Source: Nymphaea colorata (taxonomy: Eukaryota). From it: DNA of 64,000 nucleotides. The position numbers and the translations under genes were made by a program. Positions 11,474-24,440 of this stretch are shown here, piece after piece; the stretch's first letter is position 1, and every line of letters starts with the position of its first letter. The DNA is taken from positions 18,104,001 through 18,168,000 of the forward strand of contig NC_045138.2 in NCBI RefSeq assembly GCF_008831285.2. Direction: 5' to 3'. The notes beneath the pieces are model-generated. The model had not been told where the DNA came from, ran no database searches, and saw only the letters and a program-made list of their open reading frames with translations.

Positions 11474-14400
11474 TCCGCAAAATCTTTTCCTCGGAAAAAC
11501 TTTTCCTAGAAAACTTTCTCGCAGAAACCCTATTTTCTGATCATCATATTGTGGTGGAGAGAGGTATTTATAGAGGACGCACGGTTTGTCCTGCGTGCCT
11601 TGCATGTTCCTAGAATTGCAGTATGAAATTATGTATGTGTTTTTTGACAAGCTTTCGTAAAATAGGAGCCTTACTTGACCGTGCACCCCTTCTAAGACCA
11701 CATGGCAATCACGCGTTAGAGAGAGAAAACATCTTGAATAGGATTAACCAGGTTGAGTAAAACAATCCATCTCATTATTTGATTTCTTTGGAACTGAATG
11801 AGTTGTTTGGATTTCTTCCTCAGAGTGTCCGAATACAAACAGGTCCCATTGTTGAAAAGATGCAAATATATGATTGGACTGTAACTCATATTTTTCAGGT
11901 GAGGAAGATGTTAACAACTCACTATCCAAAAAAGAAACCCAATTAAGCCGGCCTTCATGGCACCAGTTCCGCTCTCATGGAAGAGATATTGCCGTCAGTA
12001 TATGAGGTATTTGATTCGAAACCTCTAGAAATGCTTTTCAACTGGCTTCATTTTCTGGTCACTTTGAAAACTGAAAAGATCAACTTTGGGTCATATTTAT
12101 GGGAAAACGAGAGGTTAACGTGCATATTTAGCTGCCCCCCTTAGTAGCAGATGGTTTTGCATGTTGCATGTTTATTTAAGAACTTCTTGTCATAAGAGTT
12201 TTCTTCACTTGGACTTGGAATATTGGCCTCATGTTTGTGTGGCTTATAGTAGTTTTGTGTACTTGGGTTTCTTGTATATGGACAAAGACTGCACCTAGCA
12301 GCCTTGAGGTCATGTAGAACAACAAGCATATACACGTGAAACTATCACGAGTTTCATCTAATAAGTCTGCCAGACTTTGGCAAGAGGCCAAAATTGACTC
12401 TACTTCGCCATCAAAAAACAAGAATCTTGATACAATTGGAACAGAGGCAGGCCAACGTCTGCCAAATGGCGTTTTGCAGCTGTGATCAAATATCAAGTTG
12501 ATCACAGCGAACAGATGGAGTTGCGTGCACACCTTTGTGTACGTAACAAATATGCACCAAGGAAACCAAAGAAGGAGGTGGTGGCATTTAATTTTTTTTT
12601 TTTTAAAGCTATATACGTTTTTCACTTTAACGGGAGCATTTTAGTCAGTACATACCCCATGGATGCAAGGGTGTATACATAACCAGTTTCCAGCATTTTA
12701 GTCATTACATACCCCCCATGCATGTGTATACATAGCCAGTTTCCCACAACCAACGGTTAGGTAACCATTAAAAAAAAAACTTTTGATACCCATTTGGGGA
12801 AACAAATTGCCAAAAAGGTGCTTAAGAAACATTAAATTTTTTATATAAAATGATAAACTACCCTTCTTAAAAAACCACTCTTCTTGATTGAATAAAGATA
12901 TATGCATCTATGATCTCAAAAGGATTGAGGGGTGGAGCCAGGTAGCACCCCCACCTCAACTTTTTTTACATTTGTATGTAAATTTTAGAAAAATTCACTT
13001 CTATATAAAAATTTTTAAAAAATGATATTTCGGTTCTAGTCAAAATTTAAAAACTTTAATTCAGCCTTCCTCATTAAAAATTTTTAACTCTGCCACTGGA
13101 TTAATACATCTTACACCAAAAATTAGTGTTTCCTCTTTCCAAGGTGACACTTTGAAAATTTCTCTCTGCTTATTTAGTAACTTCAAAAGTTAAGTGGAAA
13201 GTTATTATTTACCCTAAACATTAGGCACGTTTTGTACTTTTCAGAAAAAAAGGAAGGCAGAAAAAGGCTAAAGTTGAAAATTGAGTCGGAAATATAGGTC
13301 GCTTCCACATTTGAGAATTGACCTGGGTTCGTAATTCACATAGTGTGATCTTTTACTAATGATTGCAATCTATGTCAGTACACCACTTTTGGTGGAGTAC
13401 CAGACGGCCAGTACGTTTGGATCTGATTTCCAGTCTAATTCAAACTATATTATAACTTAAAAAGTTTTGTTTTTATTTTTTTTTTTATTTATGAGATTAT
13501 CTAAGGATTTATGAAAGAAACATTGTGTGTGATGATATCATTTGGTTTTTTTTGAAATAAAAATATATAATGATATATAATATTCACGGCGTACTAAGAT
13601 TTACAAAAACGAAGTACCAGTACCCATACACATACCCGTACCATAGTAACATACATTGCATGCATGATCACTACTTCCCATCAGTAGGTCTAATGAAAAT
13701 GAGTTTTCGCTTCACTTGAATTTCAGAATTTACGACAACTGGAGTTTAGGCCTGATTACCACGTGAAGCGAAGGATGTGTGTGTCAGATAATATTCAATT
13801 TGGATTTGGCTTGGATCCTTACGTGACAATGCTAATTAGCATCTGGCTAAGTCAGATACATATTTTACCAGCTGTGTGAGAGAGATGTTTGCACTGCATG
13901 GAGAGTTATGCAGTCGAAATAAGTTGGATTTCACATATACAAAAAGGCACGTTTAACCAGGCATCTGGTGTAGTCTTCAAATTCTTAACTTGGGCTGTAT
14001 GCGCTTAGACTTGCTTGGTAAACTAGAAAAAATCATTTCTATAAGGCCTTTAGGATGTGTGTGTGTGTTTATGGAATAAAAAAGGGAGACAGCGACATTG
14101 CAAGCTTTGCATCTCAATTTTGTGGCAGGGATTATTATAGGGAAGCTTTCATTGCTTTGAGTACCTTCTCGCAGCACTCTGGTACCAGTCATACCACGAG
14201 TTTTGTTGTTGCCAAGAGTGACAGATCTTGACTAAGCCGGATTTGCAAACGGTTTGAAGGCAGGGCATGCATATGGCTATGGCTAGGCTTGGATCCTTCC
14301 TTCCCTAACCATGAAACATAGAATTAGTTTTGTCCCAACTAACCCCACCTCTGATATTATTGCTATATTCAAGAATCGGTAATATCTTGCTTCTCTGTAT

Positions 14401-14943
14401 GTTTTGTATTGCAATTTTTGATCAATAAAAAGGGTGGAGGCCTAACCTTCAGAACTTGGTTAACTTTCAGTAAATAAAACAAGTATGATCAACTTGCGTT
14501 GAAAGCTATGAATACACCAGAATCACAAATATAGTAACGGGTTTAAAACGAAGAAGTTTTTTTTGAGCATTTTTTCAGTAAAACTGAAATGAGTTTTCTG
14601 TGACTCTGGAATAAACAGCTCGTGTTTATTTCAAGTTTGTTACTTTTCTTTTACACAAACTTAGTTCGACCGGAATCCTATTCACTTAGCCGTTTAAAAC
14701 TCAAAAGTAAAATTCGTTAATTAGATAATATGTACGCATCCAACAGATTTATATGTTTAAACCATGTGCATATTTTAATTTTTATCAGCCACTGGCCTTC
14801 TTCAGCAACTTCAAACTCGAAAGGAGCATTAGAAAGAAGATATAATAGTTAAGAACATGTCCTCGATACATATATTGCTGCCGGCAAACAACTCAAAAGT
14901 CTAAGCCAGCTTATTTAATGCATAATATGGAGACTGCAACGGA

Positions 14944-15644
14944 TTAATTCTTCTTAGATTCAACTGTTGAGAGTACCACAGGAGAAACTTGATTATGCAT
15001 CTCAAAAATCTTGTTCAGATCGTCACTATCAAGCATCAAATAGGCCTTCAAGAAGGCGACCATGATGCCACCGACGAACCTCCTCATGGGTTCCCTGCTG
15101 TTCCCACTCACACAGAGGACATCAATGACCTTATCATCCAACATGTCCATATGGCCGTAGTCCCTAGCCACGGCGTGGAAAGCTGGAGCCACGAGCTCTT
15201 TGTAGAACTCTTCATGGTTGACGCCCTCCGGAGCACAAGGAGGCAGCAAAGGGTCCTTCTTCACACTGCCGAGGCCCGTGCCCACCACCAGGCCCGGCGC
15301 CTTGGGGTCTAGGGAGTCCGTGACTTTGGTCAGGACAGGCGGGCTAGTTCCGTCCACGGGGTCTATGCCCAGTAGCGCAGAGAAGGGCAGTGCGGCCTTG
15401 GCTTCGGGGACCAGGCCCAGCGAAAGGGCAAAGGCTACTTTCCCTCCCCGGCTGTGACCGGCTAGTGCAAGCCTTGTGAGGTCTGGCTGCACTCCCTTTT
15501 GTAGTTTGGCCTCTAGCCCAGTTAGTAACCAATTCACTGTAGCTGCAGCTGCCTTGATCTCTTCAGTGGCATCAAATCCTGCAATTATGTAAAGCTGCAG
15601 AATAAGCAGCCATGGTTAGCACAAGAATCAAATGTAAATACATA

Positions 15645-15677
<33 letters not shown>

Positions 15678-16440
15678 TTCTTCTCTCTCTTTTCAAAAGC
15701 CAGTGGCCGAGTTAGAAATTTCTGGTTAAAGGGTGTTAATTTTCTAATTTTTAAACTAATTTAAGGGGATCTATATATATAAGTTGATAAAAATTACATA
15801 GGCTTCAACATGTAAATAAAGTGATCTTTATAGGCTGTTGCGGCAATTGCTGATATCGGCTACATGTGCCTTCGTCACTGAATGAAACTAGCCCACTTGC
15901 AGTTATCTTAAAGAAGAGAAAAGAGAAAAAGAAACAGACACACATAAGAACACAAAGATTTGGTAGTTTGGAAAAACCATAAGCTTTTTGGTAAGTCCAA
16001 GGCTGCAGGGTGTCTCTACCGTTTGAGCAAGAGATCCAAGCATTCAATAAAACAGGAGTTTAGGGAAGCACGGTTAAGGTAAGTTCTTTAACAAATTCAA
16101 AAATTGCTCACATGGAACATGGACTTGTGACGAAGCAAATTATTTCTTAAAAGATTTTAAGATAAAGGCAAGCAGGTGACCACCATAGGGAAAGGCAACT
16201 GACCTGAGGAGCCACCACGATGAAGCCATGAGAAGCAACATGGAGCAGTAATTCTCTATACATGCAATTTACAAGAGAAAAGCCATGGAGGAAGACCATA
16301 GCTGGGTACTGGCCTTCTTCGGAGGGATGAGCAACCAGAAGCAGTTCGGGTAGATGCGAGGGGCGATGAGTATCCGCCATGACTTCCGCGACGACCGCCT
16401 TGTACTTCCCTTGTGCGAATACATCATCCTGAGCAGCCAT
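14944..16440 (-). CDS. CLH: Chlorophyllase-like copy D (exons 16440-16204 and 15594-14944; ~295 aa)
   Basis: MAAQDDVFAQG...VFLHGF...HVASHGFIVVAPQ|LYIIAGFDATEEI...GHSRGG...DPVDG...YGHMDMLD...MRRFVGGIMVAFLKAYL; GT-AG intron. Confidence 0.92.
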
Positions 16441-17399
16441 GCTGAGAAAACTTTTCCTGGAAAACCTCTCCTCAGAAAAGCTTTTCACCCTTCTGTGCAA
16501 CCCCAGAAAGAACGTCCTCCCCTCAGAAAAGCTTTATAGAGTGACGCATTCGCTAGCAGATCCCGTACGTTGCATGTGTGGAGAAAGAGGGAAACCGTGT
16601 TTTTTTCTTTTCAATGCATTGAAGTGAAGCGCATGCTAACAGGCCTTTCATGTGGAAATAATGCTTCATGTGGAAATAATGCTGTACATCACTAAAGATA
16701 GAATGGAAGGGAATTGTAACATCACTAAAGATTAATGTTGAAAGGAGGAAATGGTGCCGGCAATTAAAGTGAAATTGACGCAAAGGAGAAAGTGAAATGG
16801 CGAGGGAAATTAAAGAGATGTGTGGAGGAAGGTAAGCGCTTCGATTGAAAAATGGCAGATTGCAGGGACCAGATGAAGATGGTGCCATTGGAGTTATTGC
16901 AACGATTGGGAGAGATGATGAAGGCAAAGGAGAGGAAGGAGAGCACAGAGGAGAAAATGTGGTGGCCAAACAAGTCTAAAATTTTTCTTTCTTTTAATTT
17001 CAAAAATGCCCACACCTTCTTTTGGTGCATATTTGATGCATGTACACCTCTGGTGCAAGCAACTTAATCTCAAACATCCCAAGTAGTAGCGAAGTTACAT
17101 ATAAACTGGTGTGGGCAGTTGGCCATGTCAGCAACAAAATTTTTATTTATTTTTATATATATAAAAATAAATACGCCCACTGGATTCCATTCCATTCCAG
17201 CAACTAAAACTCTGAATTTTCATTCCATTCCAGTTTGTGATTCTCGAAATCAAAGGAGTTCACAGTGGTGCCTTCCGACGACCACTACGCCCACTGGATT
17301 TCATTCCATGTTTTTTCCAACCAATTTGTTGTAAGCATGAAAAAATCTTTGCATTGAACCCATGCCAACCTACAATTGGGTGGTTTGCTTTCTCCTCTA

Positions 17400-17931
17400 C
17401 GCTTCAATGAGATTCTGGTTTTCCAGATGAACCAGATTAACGAGTGATAGTAGTTTTTCCATAATTTCTTGAGGTCTTTTACATTAATTCTTCTATTCTT
17501 CCACCTTCAGGGACCATCAACAATGTTCCTAGGTTTTCCCGTGACACCAAATTTGTGGGTAATATGGACCCAGATACCTCTTGTTGCTTCGCAATCGAAG
17601 AAGACATGACATTCTCATGCTGGTCCACATTGACATGAAAGACACCTAAAGGTTAACGCAATTCCCTGCTTTTGCATGTGAATTTCGGTGGGAACTCTGC
17701 CGTCGCAACCAATGTAGAGAGTCCAAATAGCTCTCGGGTAGCCAGAGCTCAACCAATGCTGTCTCCTCCAAGGATCCGATCGAACTATCGAAGTATTGGC
17801 CTTCCCCATTATATTCCATAGGCTTCTCGTAGATATTTGATTGCTGTCCAACGCTGATCTGTTCTTACAAACCAGCTTTTCCTTAAGCTTAGCTGGCCAG
17901 AGATGGGAATTGAAGACTGGGTCTTAAGCTT
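17400..17931 (-). mobile_element. Degenerate LINE (L1) ORF2 3' remnant, zf-RVT region
   Basis: Minus-strand translation near 17570-17650 gives RCLSCQCGPA*ECHVFFDCEATRGIW, matching the CxxC...E..H.FF.C...W zinc-binding motif of plant L1 ORF2. Boundaries approximate. Confidence 0.65.
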
Positions 17932-17936
17932 CTCAT

Positions 17937-18240
17937 TAAAAGGGAAAAAGGCAAAACACCAAGACACAGAGAGTTTTAACGTGGTTCGACTCAGGATCGA
18001 GTCTACATCCATGAACAAAGGTTTCTCTCTCACACGCCTCAATCATTTGTGTGAGAGGTTCCATTAACATTTAAAGGAATACAGGGGTCATTCATTTCCT
18101 GATTTCTAGGATCTTGATTGGCATCAATATCTTGAAGATATTGTTGGTTACACCTCTGATTTTCTTTCCTAATCTTTTGATCAACAGAAACAACAACAAT
18201 TTTGCCGGCGATATTGTTTCCTTGAGCATTATCTTCAATA
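17937..18240 (-). repeat. 3' LTR of copia element 1
   Basis: Direct repeat of 22955-23258; 7 mismatches counted by eye, no indels. Confidence 0.95.
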
Positions 18241-21200
18241 GCCCCCCTCAAGCTGAACGGCCTAGGAAGGACGTTAAGCTTGACATGAATGGATTCAAAT
18301 GGTGAGCGAGCAAGGGGCTTGGTCATTGTATCAGCAAGTTGGTAAGTAGCTGGAACATGATGAACTGTAAGACGATGATTTTGCACATGATCCCGGATGA
18401 AATGAATATTGACTTCAATATGCTTGGTTCGTTGGTGAAAAACCGGATTGGCAGTCAATTGAACAGCACCCATATTGTCACATAAGAGCCGGGGAATGGT
18501 GGAAAGAGGGTGACGAAGTTCGTGTAAAAAATATGATATGGAGAGAACTTCGGTGGCAGTGGAGGCCAACGCCCGGTATTCTGCCTCAGTATTGGAGCGA
18601 GCAACAGTATTTTGCTTATTTGCAGACCACGAAACCAATGAATCTCCAAGAAAGATGGCAAAGCCGGTAGTAGATCTTCGATCATCAGGATTTTCAGCCC
18701 AATCAGCATCAGAATATGCTGTAAGAGAAAGGTGTGAGGACGGCCGAATAAGAAATCCAAGATGAAGAGTGTGCTTAATGTAGCGAAGTATGCGTTTGAC
18801 GGCAGCCCAATGAACAGTGGTAGGAGCTTGCATAAACTGACAGACCTTGTTGGTAGCATAAGCAAGATCGGGTCTGCTAAGAGTAGTATACTGTAGAGCA
18901 CCAACAATTTGGCGATATGGAGTAGGATCAAGTAGCGGCGTCCCATCAAACTTGGATAACTTTTCGGCAACAGCTAAAGGCGAAGGAAAGGGCTTGACAT
19001 CAACCATGTCGCTTTGCTTGAGAAGATCTTGCATATACTGACATTGAGAAAGAAAGAGTCCTTGGGGTGTAAACTATGCTTCAACTCCAAGAAAATAATA
19101 TAGATGCCCAAGATCTTTTATTGAGAATGCACACCCCATTTGACATATAAGCTGATGAATGGCGGCGGAGCAGCTTCCAGTGATCAATATGTCATCAACA
19201 TAAATAAGAATAAAGATGGAATTAGAACCCACAAATTTGAGAAATAGTGAAGTGTCAATCTTGGAGGCGGAGAAACTGTTTGAAATGAGAAAGGAACTAA
19301 GGCGTTGAAACCAGGCTCGAGGTGCTTGCTTAAGTCCACAAAGAGCTTTCTGTAACTTGCATACATGATGCGGATATTGAGTATTAACAAAGCCTTGAGG
19401 TTGTAACATATAAACATCTTCAGATAAAGTGCCCTGTAAGAACGCATTGTTGACATCTAACAGGCGAACCACCCAATTGTGTGAAACAGCAAGAGTAAGA
19501 ATAATTCGAATTGTAGTGGGTTTAATCACACAGCTAAAAGTTTCAAAGTAATCAATGCCGGATTCCTATGTATACCCTTTGGCCACAAGACGAGCTTTAT
19601 ATCTGTCAATACTGCCATCAGCTTTTCTCTTGATACGATAGACCCATTTATTGCCAACAATATTGTGAGAGGGAGAGAGAGGAACAAGAATCCAAGTGTT
19701 GTTCTTCATCAAAGCATTATATTCCTCAAGCATGACATTGTGCCAATGGGAGAGTTTAGAGACTTGGGTAAAAGTTTTAAGTTCAATTTCTAAAGGCAAC
19801 TCGGTAAGGTGAGTAATGTAACAGAGGTTGGGTTTAATGGATCCAGTTTGGAGGCGAGTGATCATGGAGTGAGTTTTGGGGGCTGGAGGAGGTGATTCAT
19901 TAGGTAAGGATAGTGGGAAGTGAGAGGGTGGTGAAGTGGAAGGTGATGTTTGTGCGGGTGGTGAAGGGGAAGATGGTGGTGATGTGGTAATGGCAGGTTC
20001 ATGTGGAGAAATAGGTGGTGATGGTGATGGTGATGTGGTAATAGCCTTTGTGTGTGGTGCTATAGCCAAGAAATATGCATTTGGTGCAGCGATATTGTAA
20101 TTTGTGAGTATTGTAAGGACGAAGATGAGGGTAGGCACATCCAAAAGTTTTAAGAAATGCATAGTTAGGGATTTGGTTAAAGAGCAGCTGAAATGGACTT
20201 TTCATATTTGTAACAGGTGATGACAGACGGTTAATAAGAAATGCAGCTGTAAGAAAGGCAAAATCCCAAAACTTGAGAGGAAGGCTAGAATGAGCAAGTA
20301 AGGCGAGACCTGTTTCTATTATGTGACGATGTTTTCACTCGACTCTCCCAGTTTGCTTATGAGTGTGAGGGCATGAAATGCGATGATCAATTCCACATGA
20401 TTTTAAGTAAGTGGATAGAGATCTATATTCTCCTCCCCAATCACTTTGAAATGCCTTGATGGGTCGCCCAAATTGTCTCTCAACAAGTTTTTGAAAGTCT
20501 CGAAAAATAGTCAAAACTTCAGGCTTTCTTTTAATAATAAATAACCAAGTGAACCTTGAATATCCATCAACAAAATTAACATAATAATAATATCCTTGCA
20601 TGGAAGCAATGGGCGCAGGGCCCCAAACATCAGAAAATATAATGTCTAATGATCCATTTATTTCATGAGATGAACTATAAAAAGGTAAACTGTGACTCTT
20701 CCCCATTTGACATGCTTCACACAAAGAGTCAGTTTTATTGAAACTAGAAGGAAGTCCATATTTACTAAGGACATGCTGTACAATTTTCATGGAAGGATGC
20801 CCAAGTCGCTCATGCCATTTTTGCTGCGTAGTTCGTTCACTAAGAAGAGCCGTTGGTTGACTCCCAATATCTCCCAAGTGCAGCTTGTAGAGCCCGCACT
20901 CATTATTTCTCTTGAGAAAAACCTGCCCTGTCTTGGCATCCTTAACATAACAAAATTGCGGGTGAAATTCAAGCAACACATCATTATCTTTCGTAAACTT
21001 GTGTACAGAAAGCAGATTTTTGGTGATAGATGGCACATGTAAAATATCTTTCATGATGAACTTGGAATCAAGATGAGAGAAAACAGAAGTACCAATGTGT
21101 GTAATGTTCAAACCTTGGCCATTTCCGATGCGAACTTGATCTCCTCCATTGTAGTTAGATTGGATTATCAAGTTGTTGAAATCTGGCGTTACATAATGGG

Positions 21201-22174
21201 TGGCTCCAGAGTCAGGGTACCATCCTCCATGATCAAATGACCCATAAGCATGTTTTGCACTTCAAAGCCCCATGGCCAGGCTGATGACATGCTTGACAAA
21301 CTGTGCGACAATTTGCAGCAATATGACCATTATTTCCACAAGCAAAGCAAGATCCAACCTGATTTTTCGGAGAACGATCTTGAGTTTTATTGCGACCTCT
21401 GTTATGTTTAAAGCGATTGCCACCAAAATTTTGATTTTTCATCGTAAAATTTGCTGATGGAGTTCCAATAGGGAGATTATCAACTTCATCCAATTGCGCC
21501 TCATGAATAAGCAACATAGCAAGCAAGTCTTCCATATTAATGGGATCAACCCTAGTGTTCAACGCAGTTCTAAGAGACTCATATTCTCCCGATAGTAAAC
21601 CAGTCATGATGTAGGTGATCAAATCATCATCATCCACTGGTTTGGATGCAAGAGCTAACTGGTGAGCAATACTTCTTGCTCTGCAGAAATATTCCGAAAT
21701 AGTTTCAGTGTCTTTTCTTAAGTTCTGAAGTTGGTTTCTCAACTGCTGGATTCTTGTTCTTGAGCGAGCAGCATACATACGTTTGAGGGCATCCCATAAT
21801 TCATGAGAGGAAGAAATTCCCACAACATGACTACGAACAAGATCAGTTAAAGATGAAAGAATCCAACTTAATAAAAGCTGATCTAATCTGTACCATTCAT
21901 CATACTTTGGACTCCGACATTGGAAACCATTGTTGTCATCAATCCATTCAGAGGGACATGGTTGTTTACCATCTATGAAACTCATAAGATTATAACTCTT
22001 AAAGAGAGACATAAACTGAGATTCCCAAATCAAATAATTGTCTGATGCAAGCTTAATGGAAAGCAAATACTGAAGATTTGTAGGCGCAGGAAGAACAGAA
22101 AAAATCTGACCTGTAGTTTGAGATGTGTCTGGTGTAGCAGACTCTGAAGGATGATTGGTATTGTTTTCAGCCAT
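18039..22174 (-). pseudogene. Copia gag-pol polyprotein, disrupted
   Basis: gag (IKL..DNYL.W, zinc knuckle CFACGNNGH.AANC), protease (DSGATH), integrase (WH.RLGHP, DVWGPAP, QSDWGGEY), RT (KARLVAKG, LKQAPRAW, IYVDDI), RNaseH ([22 protein letters not shown]). Broken by stops and frameshifts near 21233, 20335, 20040, 19566 and 19074. Confidence 0.93.
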
Positions 22175-22954
22175 TTTTGAATGAAAAAACAGAGGGAGAG
22201 AACCCACAACCTCACGACTATTCTGTTCTTACAACCTCAATGGTGGCACTTGAAAAATCCACAACGCTACCCTGTTCTCAACTTAGAAAAATCTGAGGTT
22301 TGGAGGATAGAAAGCCGAGATGAAGACGATTCCAACGAACTAAAGATCGTCCAAAACGGGTGTCGGAGGAATCAGCGCCGAAGATTTGAAGAAACAACAA
22401 GTTTTGCCTTTTCCGCCGGTGAGAATGATGATTTCGGGGGGTGTCAACGCCTGGACACGTGCAAGAAAGGCCAAGGACATGATGACAATGTGTTGTTTGT
22501 GTTGAAAGAAGCCCGACACGTGTTGAGCGGGACTCGGTGTCGCTTGAAAAAGGTGTTTAACGCGACACAGAGGCGGGATTCGACGAGAGGTGCTGACGCG
22601 GCTGCGTGAGACTCGACGGGACTCGCGAATTCCGGTCGTGTCCCGCTGATGATGACACGAAACCGTGGTTATTCGCCGGTGACGGAAGAACACGGCAGAA
22701 TATTCCGCCGGGATTCTTCGGGATCGCCGGGAAACGGCCTCCGCCCGAAAAAACTCTGTTGAAACTTCAAATTCAGATTCCGAGCTCGTTCTTGGGCCAA
22801 ATCGAGCGTTCTTGGGCTCGTTTTGCTCGGAATTTCGTCAGCAATCTTCTGATCCAGCAATCAACACGTTTTGAACCCACTGTAGGCTGGATTGCTAGCT
22901 GGAACACCCGGTGGTTGTAGAAAAGGAAGATGGCCGTGTGTGGCTCTGATACCA

Positions 22955-23258
22955 TAAAAGGGAAAAAGGCAAAACACCAAGACATAGAGAGTTTTAACGT
23001 GGTTCGACTCAGGATCGAGTCTACGTCCACGAACAAAGGTTTCTCTCTCACACGCCTCAATCATTTGTGTGAGAGGTTCCATTAACATTTAAAGGAATAC
23101 AAGGGTCATTCATTTCTTGATTTCTAGGATCTTGATTGGCATCAATATCTTGAAGATATTGTTGGTTACACCTCTGATTTTCTTTCCTAATCTTTTGATC
23201 AACAGAAACAACAACAATTTTGCCAGCGATATTGTTTCCTTGAGCATGATCTTCAATA
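22955..23258 (-). repeat. 5' LTR of copia element 1
   Basis: Immediately followed on the minus strand by a tRNA-iMet-type PBS. Confidence 0.95.
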
Positions 23259-23263
23259 CTCAG

Positions 23264-24440
23264 GAAGTTCAAATTCCCTTACCTTCGGTCCTCCTTCATG
23301 TTTCTAATATTCTCCTGCATAATAGACTCAAATAGGTTGTAAGCTCTAGGGGAAACTACTTTGATAACATGCTCAGAATCCCAAATGTGAAGCCAAAATT
23401 TTGCCTTAATGCCATTGTTGATCTCTCAAGTAATCTTGTCCCTTTATTGTCTTTCACGCCTGAAAAATGGTTTTTCAAATAGAAGAGTGGTTGTGAAATG
23501 CCTGGGAAAGACCACGTGCCCTTAGGCTTGAGATATATATATATTCTTTTACTATCAGTGAAGCGCGTTAACTGCCGTCTGTCAGAGCTTTGCATACCAC
23601 AAACGCTAGAAAGGCTTTGTTAGCATCCTCCAGCCTTGTGATGCCCACTCCTCCTTCAACTTTGGGAAGGCACAGTCTCTCCCATTTAATCATATGTCAT
23701 TTCCTCACCTCTTTACTATCACCCACAGTAAGTTTGCACTCAAGTGCTCTATATGCCTTTAGGGAGTTGAGATTATCTTAAAGACTAGGCTCCAATATAA
23801 AGGACTAGCAGCTATAACAGATCTGAAAGGCAGAGGCATCCAACATATGAAAAAGCCGCTCTTCCAGGATCACAGTTTACTGTCATCTTTCATGATCATT
23901 TGACTGCACTGACTGTCGGTTAAGTCTCCAATCTGTGGGGGGAACCCCAAATATTTGGTTGGCAGCTCTCCTAGTTTCCCACCATGGGAATTGCTTACTC
24001 TCATGCACTGCTTCTGACAGAGGTTGAAGTTGAGGAGGTTTGTCTTTTTCACAATCGACTAACTTGCCCGAATGGACTTCAAATTCATTAAAGATTGCCC
24101 ATGCTATGCTTTGTTGCTAGGCTTCGATAGAATACTTCACTGCCGTCAAGAAGAGACGCCGAGATAAAGAGTCTCTCTGATGGAACTCTGTCCTAGGCAT
24201 CAACAAATCACCTTCCTTTACCATTGATATGGAGGAGCTATGGTGACCGAAGACTCCTTTTTCTCTTCCCTCTTCCTTCTCATTCACAACACATTTGATC
24301 ATAGATCTTTGTCATCATATACCATCCTCGAACATAAGCAGGTGGTTGAGCTCTTCTTTAATCAGCGCTTCTTCCACCACAACCCTGCAATTACCACTTT
24401 CGATGCTCTCTTAAGCGATAACTGTCTCTTTGTTGCACAC
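23264..24440 (-). mobile_element. Degenerate LINE (L1) ORF2 remnant, RT and post-RT region
   Basis: Minus-strand peptides FHQRDSLS..LF (decayed RQGDPLSP.LF), LPTKYLGFP, and LPKVEGGVGITRLEDANKAFL (PK.EGGLG...N.ALL motif). Boundaries approximate. Confidence 0.7.

Larger units (their letters stand above)
17937..23258 (-). mobile_element. Ty1/copia LTR retrotransposon (RE1-like), both LTRs present, coding region disrupted
   Basis: 304-bp LTRs at 22955-23258 and 17937-18240. PBS TGGTATCAGAGCCA at 22954-22941; PPT at ~18250-18241; TSD CTCAT (17932-17936) / CTCAG (23259-23263). Domain order gag-protease-integrase-RT-RNaseH. Confidence 0.97.

Noticed and set aside
12420..12620. Short segment with an inverted homolog at ~16990-17125
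   Set aside because: Probably two copies of a small dispersed repeat; too short and distant for a hairpin.
22181..22920. Several 100-140 aa ORFs in the copia 5' leader
   Set aside because: GC-rich leader; no domain similarity; no support for an extra ORF.
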